From an uncultured Clostridium sp. (GTDB lineage: Bacteria; Bacillota; Clostridia; TANB77; CAG-508), in NCBI GenBank assembly GCA_948466095.1, contig CAOJZE010000003.1:1-33218 (forward strand): DNA of 33,218 nucleotides. The letters are read 5' to 3'. A program made the position numbers and the translations under genes. The notes under the pieces were generated by a model. That model saw only the letters and a list, made by a program, of their open reading frames with translations. It was not told where the DNA came from and did not search any database. Shown here piece by piece: positions 26,887 to 33,218 of the stretch. How positions within the stretch are numbered: position 1 is the first letter of the stretch; the number at the start of each line of letters is the position of its first letter.

Positions 26887-27303
26887 ATGCGTAAATGTAA
26901 ATTTTTATTGAGTTTTGTTCTTACCCTTTCACTTCTTTTCACAGCAACCGTTCCAGCTTTTGCTGCCGAAACATCTTCTGTTGAAACTAAGAGTGTAAGT
27001 TCTACGTATGCTCAGAATGGATTGTTATATCGGACAGGTGTAACAACCCCCACTGGTGGCGTCTACTATGCCGTAACACCTCGTCAGGGTGCAAAGTTGA
27101 ATGTTTGGGTTAAACCTACAAATGGTGTTCGGGTTAGTGTTTGTCATGCAAATGACAAATATAATATCCTTTATACTAGGCATTTTTCTGGCGAAACAGA
27201 TGCACAAGTTCTCAGCAACTGTGATGGTGGAACTTATTGGGTAAGCTTTTATAATGATGGAGGCAACGGAAGTGTTGATTTCTTGATTTATGAACGTTAC
27301 TAA
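26887..27303 (+). CDS. Secreted beta-rich hypothetical protein
   Basis: Signal peptide ending VPAFA|AE, AGGAGG RBS, visibly higher GC than its neighbours. Confidence 0.75.
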   Translation: MRKCKFLLSFVLTLSLLFTATVPAFAAETSSVETKSVSSTYAQNGLLYRTGVTTPTGGVYYAVTPRQGAKLNVWVKPTNGVRVSVCHANDKYNILYTRHFSGETDAQVLSNCDGGTYWVSFYNDGGNGSVDFLIYERY

Positions 27304-27374
27304 TTAACATACTGATATTAGTATTGGCATCCAAAATAAGATAATAAAATAATAATGCACTAAAATAGCATCGG

Positions 27375-27408
27375 AAAAGGAAATCTCTAATGGGATTTCC
27401 TTTTTTTA
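27375..27408. terminator. Bidirectional terminator
   Basis: AAAAGGAAATCTC-TAAT-GGGATTTCCTTTT between convergent genes. Confidence 0.7.
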
Positions 27409-27412
27409 TTAT

Positions 27413-27610
27413 CTATTTGCCTTCTTCATAAAATAAAAAATTACCATCTAGATTACTATTTTCAATTTCGTTTCCATTTCTACTAAATAAAAAGTCACCC
27501 TTTAACTCATTATAATCCTTCTTTAGATTAAAATATAACCCTAACATAACACAAAAACCGATTACAAAAATAATACTTATAATTAATAGCACTTTACTTA
27601 GTTTGTTCAT
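27413..27610 (-). CDS. Small membrane-anchored protein
   Basis: ATG after AAGGAGG, N-terminal TM helix. Confidence 0.6.
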   Translation of the reverse strand: MNKLSKVLLIISIIFVIGFCVMLGLYFNLKKDYNELKGDFLFSRNGNEIENSNLDGNFLFYEEGK

Positions 27611-27689
27611 ATTTATTCCTCCTTTTAATGATATTCTAGCACATAATTTTCTATTGTTCAATAAAACTTAACAATTTTTAATTAATATT

Positions 27690-28520
27690 TTACCCATATT
27701 CACTTTTAAACATTAGTTCCGAATCTAAGTAATATTCAGTTATGCAATTGTATAGACAGGTAATTAAAAAATTAGTGCTATTTTTTATATTAAATTCTTC
27801 TTTTTCTCCTTGTTTATTTAATTTATCAATCATATACATAACAATTCCACTATTTAGTTTTTGCATTTTACTTCTCACTAATGCTTGTGGCAAAATAGCA
27901 TTATTTATTTTAATCTGTTTTGAAAAATACATTATTTCAAGCAAATTTTCAATTATAGGTTTCATTCTGTATTCGTCAGTCGTCAATAAAAAATCTAATT
28001 CACATTTTTTCTTAATTTCCTCTAATGCCTCCATCTCCTCATTATACTGACTGACAGAATTATTATTATATTTATTATTATTAATATTATTATTATTTCT
28101 CTGTAAATTTTGCTGTTCTAAAACTGTATTTTTTACATCTTTAGAACTGTAAAATTTACAGTTCTGCTTTTGACATTCTTGTACTTCTTCAAGTTTATAT
28201 ACAAACATTATATTAGGTTTACCTAATCCTTGTCTTTTTTCGTATATTAAGTTAAACTCTTTTAATTCTTTTAAAATTTTTACTATCGTTTTTTCGCACA
28301 ATCCCAGTTGTTGCTCTAATTCTTCTCTTTTATAGAGTACATATAAGTCCTTTTCTTCATTTATCCAAGTATTCATTTTTGATATTTTTAACCTATCTAA
28401 TATCAACATATATGTAATTTTAGCCTCAAGTGATAATTTTCTATATTTTTCATTGAATAGAACCTTTGGCATCATATAAAAATTATATATTATTTCATCA
28501 TCTATTTTATAAAAATTCAT
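27690..28520 (-). CDS. repA: RepA_N family replication initiator
   Basis: FYMMPKVLF...YRKLSLEAKITYMLILDRLKIS..N.W...RQGLGKPN, plus C-terminal IKNSTNFLITCLYN. Confidence 0.87.
   Translation of the reverse strand: MNFYKIDDEIIYNFYMMPKVLFNEKYRKLSLEAKITYMLILDRLKISKMNTWINEEKDLYVLYKREELEQQLGLCEKTIVKILKELKEFNLIYEKRQGLGKPNIMFVYKLEEVQECQKQNCKFYSSKDVKNTVLEQQNLQRNNNNINNNKYNNNSVSQYNEEMEALEEIKKKCELDFLLTTDEYRMKPIIENLLEIMYFSKQIKINNAILPQALVRSKMQKLNSGIVMYMIDKLNKQGEKEEFNIKNSTNFLITCLYNCITEYYLDSELMFKSEYG
28101..28168. repeat. Putative intragenic iterons / origin within repA
   Basis: Minus strand shows three staggered copies: TGTAAATTTTACAGTTCTA, TGTAAAAAATACAGTTTTA and AGCAAAATTTACAG, next to an AT-rich AAT tract. 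RepA_N origins lie within the gene. Confidence 0.55.
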
Positions 28521-28551
28521 ACTTTCTCCTTGAAAAAGGGCATTGCTGCCC

Positions 28552-29292
28552 TTAATTATTTTCTTGTTCTTGATTTTTATAATTCATATTTATTAAATAT
28601 TTCTTTTGTTCTCTTTCAAAATCTTTTACAAACGAATTTACTGTCCTTTGAATATCCTTTAATCCTTGTTTTAAGGTATCATTGGCTTGATCTACTCCCC
28701 ATATACAAATGTTGTTTATTTCATCATTATTTGTAGTTTCTAATCCAAAACGCTTTTGTATTGTATATACACTTGGCTCTACTATTAACCTTATTGAATC
28801 TATAAAGTCTACTGCACTACTATTTCCAGAAAAATCATTCATATTAAATATAATATGTCTTATTGTTTCGCCTATATTTTCTTCTTTTTTGAATTCTAAT
28901 TTATATTTTTGGTCTAATTTTTTTTGCATATTGTTCATAATGTTTTCTAAAAATTCTTTATTGTAACTTTTTTCTTTTTTGTTTGAATCAGTTTGACTAA
29001 CATCATATACATCAGCTAATATATATCCTGTTTCTTGATTATTTTTATCATATTTTATAATTTGTAATGGTTCTGCTTTTTCATCTACATTTTTTCCATA
29101 TTGCTTCCATATCTCTTTTGGTAATACTTTTGAAACATCTTCCAATTGACTTTTCAATAATAAGCAATTTCCATAACTGATATTGGGTAATTTTGCCATT
29201 GTATCTAAAAAATCGGCTAATTTTCCATTTTCAAAGGTTTCTCGTACTAATGAATCTACCTTTTCTCCAGCCTCTTCCAAAGTTTTTAACAT
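28552..29292 (-). CDS. ArdC-like ssDNA-binding-domain protein
   Basis: FLDTMAKLPNISYGNCLLL..Q...W...G..V...VYDVSQTD pattern. Confidence 0.65.
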   Translation of the reverse strand: MLKTLEEAGEKVDSLVRETFENGKLADFLDTMAKLPNISYGNCLLLKSQLEDVSKVLPKEIWKQYGKNVDEKAEPLQIIKYDKNNQETGYILADVYDVSQTDSNKKEKSYNKEFLENIMNNMQKKLDQKYKLEFKKEENIGETIRHIIFNMNDFSGNSSAVDFIDSIRLIVEPSVYTIQKRFGLETTNNDEINNICIWGVDQANDTLKQGLKDIQRTVNSFVKDFEREQKKYLINMNYKNQEQENN

Positions 29293-29930
29293 TCGTTTTC
29301 CTCCTCTTTTTCTGTATTCTTTGCTTTCATATTTTTTGGTGGTTGTATATTATTTTCTTTTATGTATTCTTCAATATTAGTATTTAAATTCTTTATTAGT
29401 TTTTCTTTTATTGCATTCGCTTTTTTATCTTCAAAAGTAACTTGGTTTACTAAATTATATAAATTGATTAGACTGTTTAAATCTTTGCTATTTTCATTTG
29501 TAGTAGTTTGTTTTTCCGTTTCTGCCTCTTTATATGTTCCCATATATATTTTTTCTCTTTTTTTCCATACATCTGCTTTTTCATTCATTTTGTCTTTTAT
29601 TAATTGATTTTTTATATCTAATTTATCTTCTACTTTTTGAAGATTTTTCCTATTTTCTTCTAATTTTGCATCTATGATTTTAAGTGTTTTCAAATCGGAA
29701 TTAGCTTGTATAATCATGTATAAGTATTTTATTATTCCTTTATGGTTTTCACTTTTTAATAAAATATTCTTTTTTTCCTCCTCTAAATTTTTTACATCAC
29801 TTGTTAATATTGCTTTCTCTTCTTCAATTTTGTTTTTTTCTTTTTCCAATGTTATCATTTCCAAATTAATATTACTCATTTTTTCATCTAAAAAATTTAA
29901 TTCTTTATCTAACTGTTTTCTCTTTTCCAT
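29286..29930 (-). CDS. Coiled-coil hypothetical protein
   Basis: AGGAGG RBS, heptad K/E/L-rich sequence. Confidence 0.65.
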   Translation of the reverse strand: MEKRKQLDKELNFLDEKMSNINLEMITLEKEKNKIEEEKAILTSDVKNLEEEKKNILLKSENHKGIIKYLYMIIQANSDLKTLKIIDAKLEENRKNLQKVEDKLDIKNQLIKDKMNEKADVWKKREKIYMGTYKEAETEKQTTTNENSKDLNSLINLYNLVNQVTFEDKKANAIKEKLIKNLNTNIEEYIKENNIQPPKNMKAKNTEKEEENEC

Positions 29931-29975
29931 TTTTCCTCCTTATTATTAAAGAGAAAGTTTGAACTTTCTCTTTAT

Positions 29976-32546
29976 TTAAAACCCTGTTTTAGGTAATTTT
30001 GTTATTAATTGTTTTTCGTAAATTTCAGTAGTATGCTCATCATTATCTTTTAATTCTATTCCATGTTGACCTACAAGCATTGTCTTATTTGTAAACTTAT
30101 CTCCATTTTTCACATCATCTTTTACTACTGCAAAAAGTTGTATATTATCCTCTGTTGTAAATCCTACATCTACACTTCCAAAATACATTTTTATTTCTGT
30201 TATATATTCCTCATCTTCAAACTCAATATTTGTAAAATCTATATAGTTATTTACTGTTGAATCTAATTCATCTTTTAATAGTGTATAATCTTTTTTATTT
30301 GTTTTATAATAAATGCTATATTTTAATGCTTGATTATAAGTCCCTGTTACAATTTTAGTTGGCTTTATATAATCAAATGGAATATAATCATGCCAAGTAA
30401 AATCATCTAATCTAACATTTCCTGTATTTTTAACAGTACAATCATATTTTATCTCTTGATTTCGTGTTGTTTGTTCAATACCTGTTTTTGTAGTTTCTAA
30501 TGATGGCTCATCTGGCTTGTTTTTAATATTTAATTCTTTTATTTCTCCATGTTTTACAATTTCAACTTTACATTCTGTTGCGTCTAGTTGATACCATTCA
30601 GCAGAATTTTTTTCTCGTACAAATTTTATACCTTTTGTTAATTTACTTGTTAGAATTTCGCCATTTTCATCAGTTTTTAATGTTTCTATTAAATTTTTAT
30701 TTTCGTCTAGGATCTCAAATTCTACATCTTTTAATGGTGTTCCCTCTTTATCTCCTGTAATTATATTATCTTTTTCAGCTACTTTTAGAATTTTTATTTG
30801 ACCTTTTATTTTTTCATTTTCAAATTCAACTTCTTTTATTTTATTTTCTTCAAGTTTTATTTCTACAATCTCGTCATTTAAAACATATTTATCGTTTGTT
30901 TCAATTTCTTGTAAATATAATTTTTCATAATCTCTTACTGGATATTCTTTTGTAATAGCCTCACCATTAGAATTTGTAATTATTGTTTCTAAAACATTGT
31001 TATCTTTATCCATTACATTAAATTTCACAGATGCTATTTTGTACTCTTTATCTTCTGCATCTACTTTGATTATTTTTATTCTCCCTTTTTTTAGTTCATT
31101 GTTTATAGTAACATTGTTTGTAACATTCCAGTCAATTTTTATTTCGGTATCTTCTGCTAAATTATACCATTTATTCGTTTCTTTCTCTAAAAGTTTGTAG
31201 TCTCCTATTCTTAAATCCCTTATTTCTAACATACCATTGACATCAGTATTATATGTACCTATAATTTTATCAAACTCTGTTGAATATAAATCAAATTTTA
31301 CATTTCCTAATCCTATTTTGTTATTGTCTTTATCTGTTTTATATACTGATAAATTACCCTTTTTGTGTTCATTCTCAATTATTATAGATTTTACTTCATC
31401 AAATTTTAAATCAACATCTGTTGGTTCTGTTTTTAAAATATATTTTTCATTTGTGGCTGTCTCTGTAGCAATAATTGTCCCTTTTCTTAATTTATTTACA
31501 ACAATTTCTCCATTTTTATTTGTTTTGTATTCTCCAATATATGTACCATCACTATATTTTAAAGAAAACTCTACACCTTCTATTCCTTTTTTTGTATAAT
31601 CATCTTGTTTTATTATTTTTAATGTTGACTTGTATATATCCATTTGAATATTACCATTTGCAGTTATTGTTGAATATGCTCTATATGTTAATGCATAATC
31701 TTGCACATTGCTATTGGGTGCTTTTCCATAAAATACTGGATAAGATTTTATTGTACCAGATATATTAACATTTCCATTTATTACACCATTTATTTTATTT
31801 TCAGGAACTACAATTTTAAATCTTTCATTTCCTCCAAATGTATTTTTTGCATTTCCTAATAAATCTGCTGTATATGTGCCTTCTGGCATTCCATTTAAAC
31901 TCGTGATTGTATATTCTCCCATTTCTATATTAGATGATACACTACAAACTTGTGAATAATATCCACTTCTTGAATCTTCAACAACATCTCCAATTTTATT
32001 TATATTTACTTGGTTAACTGTATTTTGTGTTTGTGTTCCATTACGCCCCACATTTACAAGACTTTCAATGGCATTAACTATTTGATTTCCTCTATCATCT
32101 CCACCTTTGTAAAAAGACCTTACATCTCTATTATAAAGTATAGAATATACAGCGTGTTTAGTCGCAACAAAGGCATCTTGATCATTTAACCCCATATTGT
32201 TATATGGGAAACCATTTACTATTACACGATAAACTCTATTATCAGATAAGATATTATCAACTGATACTGCATAACTGCTTTCTTCTCCTACTCCATGCTT
32301 GTCGACATCTAAACAATATGCATAATGTAAATTGCCATTTTCTCTATAACCTACCATAGTGGTTATAATATATGACCACGCATTTTGCTTTCTATCAAAA
32401 AACATTAGATGATGACCACAATCTCCCAAATCTTCAATTGTGGCACTTGATATATCAACTGCACTTACTACATTTTGAAATGTTCCTAGTAACATCAAAA
32501 TTAATAATACTAGTGCAACTAACTTTTTACTATATTTTTTTAACAT
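29976..32546 (-). CDS. Surface adhesin: thioester domain, SpaA/CnaB-type isopeptide repeats and terminal LPKTG
   Basis: Signal peptide, AYCLD...GFP...AFVATKHAVY...VQDY, repeated KG.L.I.K.D...F...T...G...E...Y...N modules, ends KLPKTGF. Confidence 0.8.
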   Translation of the reverse strand: MLKKYSKKLVALVLLILMLLGTFQNVVSAVDISSATIEDLGDCGHHLMFFDRKQNAWSYIITTMVGYRENGNLHYAYCLDVDKHGVGEESSYAVSVDNILSDNRVYRVIVNGFPYNNMGLNDQDAFVATKHAVYSILYNRDVRSFYKGGDDRGNQIVNAIESLVNVGRNGTQTQNTVNQVNINKIGDVVEDSRSGYYSQVCSVSSNIEMGEYTITSLNGMPEGTYTADLLGNAKNTFGGNERFKIVVPENKINGVINGNVNISGTIKSYPVFYGKAPNSNVQDYALTYRAYSTITANGNIQMDIYKSTLKIIKQDDYTKKGIEGVEFSLKYSDGTYIGEYKTNKNGEIVVNKLRKGTIIATETATNEKYILKTEPTDVDLKFDEVKSIIIENEHKKGNLSVYKTDKDNNKIGLGNVKFDLYSTEFDKIIGTYNTDVNGMLEIRDLRIGDYKLLEKETNKWYNLAEDTEIKIDWNVTNNVTINNELKKGRIKIIKVDAEDKEYKIASVKFNVMDKDNNVLETIITNSNGEAITKEYPVRDYEKLYLQEIETNDKYVLNDEIVEIKLEENKIKEVEFENEKIKGQIKILKVAEKDNIITGDKEGTPLKDVEFEILDENKNLIETLKTDENGEILTSKLTKGIKFVREKNSAEWYQLDATECKVEIVKHGEIKELNIKNKPDEPSLETTKTGIEQTTRNQEIKYDCTVKNTGNVRLDDFTWHDYIPFDYIKPTKIVTGTYNQALKYSIYYKTNKKDYTLLKDELDSTVNNYIDFTNIEFEDEEYITEIKMYFGSVDVGFTTEDNIQLFAVVKDDVKNGDKFTNKTMLVGQHGIELKDNDEHTTEIYEKQLITKLPKTGF

Positions 32547-32628
32547 TTTTCCTCCTAACAAAAATAAGAAACTATATTACAATAACATAGTTTCCCATTT
32601 TTTACTTATATTTTCCTTATGATTTTAT

Positions 32629-32787
32629 CTACTTTTGTCCTGCTGTATTTTGACTTTCTAATTCATTTGCTCTTTTTACATTGCTCGAAACAATTATCCT
32701 GCTAGCAATAGTAAGTAGAACTAATATAATTAAGAAAGTAATACAAATTTTTCCAATAATAGATAATTCTTTTTTTGACTTGTTCAT
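32629..32787 (-). CDS. Small membrane protein
   Basis: ATG after AGGGGG, single TM helix. Confidence 0.55.
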   Translation of the reverse strand: MNKSKKELSIIGKICITFLIILVLLTIASRIIVSSNVKRANELESQNTAGQK

Positions 32788-32894
32788 ACTACTATTCCCC
32801 CTTTTTTCTTTATTGTACCTCGATATAAGTTTTTTTTCAAGCAAATTTTCAACATTCTTTTAATTTTTCAACATCTAGAAAAAAGGGAATAATA

Positions 32895-33218
32895 TTACAT
32901 TTCTTGCTCATCTTCCAAGTCTTTACTGCGTTTTCTTTTTTTTCTTTTTTTGGAAACTACATTTTTATTTTCTTTTTTTTTACTTGTAACATCCTCTTGA
33001 TTTTCTGTTAAATTTTTATTTTGTTCTTCTTCATCTTCTTTTATTTCGCTATTTTCATTTTGTATTTCTTGATTTTCTTCTGTTTCAATACTTTCGTTTT
33101 GCGTTTCTTGATTTTCTTCTATTTCGTTATTTTCGCTTTGTATTTCTTGATTTTCTTCTATTTCGTTATTTTCGCTTTGTATTTCTTGATTTTCTTCTAT
33201 TTCGTTATTTTCGCTTTG
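32895..33218 (-). CDS. 3' end of a protein with acidic tandem repeats (start outside the window)
   Basis: Manual translation: (QSENNEIEENQEI)n...KKRKKRKRSKDLEDEQEM-stop at 32895. Confidence 0.7.
   Translation of the reverse strand, partial: QSENNEIEENQEIQSENNEIEENQEIQSENNEIEENQETQNESIETEENQEIQNENSEIKEDEEEQNKNLTENQEDVTSKKKENKNVVSKKRKKRKRSKDLEDEQEM
33063..33218. repeat. 39-bp coding tandem repeat, at least 4 copies
   Basis: Unit tatttcttgattttcttctatttcgttattttcgctttg at 33180 and 33141, near-identical at 33102, degenerate at 33063. Confidence 0.9.

Larger units (their letters stand above)
19147..33218 (-). mobile_element. Element 2: integrative (ICE/IME-like) element inserted in trmL; distal end outside the window
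   Basis: Serine recombinase next to the trmL break, an attP-like arm CCCC-N11-CAACATTTT (19152-19175), and RepA_N, ArdC-like, sigma-like/HTH and adhesin genes. Junction is accurate to within a few bp only. Confidence 0.8.

Noticed and set aside
33063-33218. CRISPR array
   Set aside because: The 39-bp units are contiguous with no spacers and are in frame within a CDS.
19147-33218. Element 2 as a prophage
   Set aside because: No structural, packaging or lysis genes in the window. RepA_N, ArdC-like and adhesin genes point to an ICE/IME.

Overview
Low-GC, spore-forming Clostridia-type chromosome segment. Host backbone: a pilin-like 5' fragment, XRE regulators, a Ca2+ P-type ATPase, ytaF, an atypical tRNA-Phe(GAA), smc, a YtlA/C/D-like ABC transporter, an Rpn-family nuclease and trmL. 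Two related large-serine-recombinase elements interrupt host genes. Element 1 (5,761 bp, 9500-15260) splits the YtlA-like binding-protein gene at a GGAGCAGA core. Element 2 (from about 19147 to past the window end) removes the 5' end of trmL and carries RepA_N, ArdC-like, Spo0A-C-domain, XRE and thioester-adhesin genes. Main finding: three unrelated genes (smc, the ABC permease, a metallophosphoesterase) are each broken at an in-frame CGG-A, and skipping the C gives a GGA-Gly and a full-length protein. This suggests systematic +1 (quadruplet-like) recoding of CGGA. Second finding: element 1 looks like a skin-like, sporulation-timed gene-rearrangement element, with a sigmaE-type promoter driving a candidate directionality factor and a sigmaK-type promoter on the target operon. 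All family assignments come from motifs recognised by eye, with no database searches.
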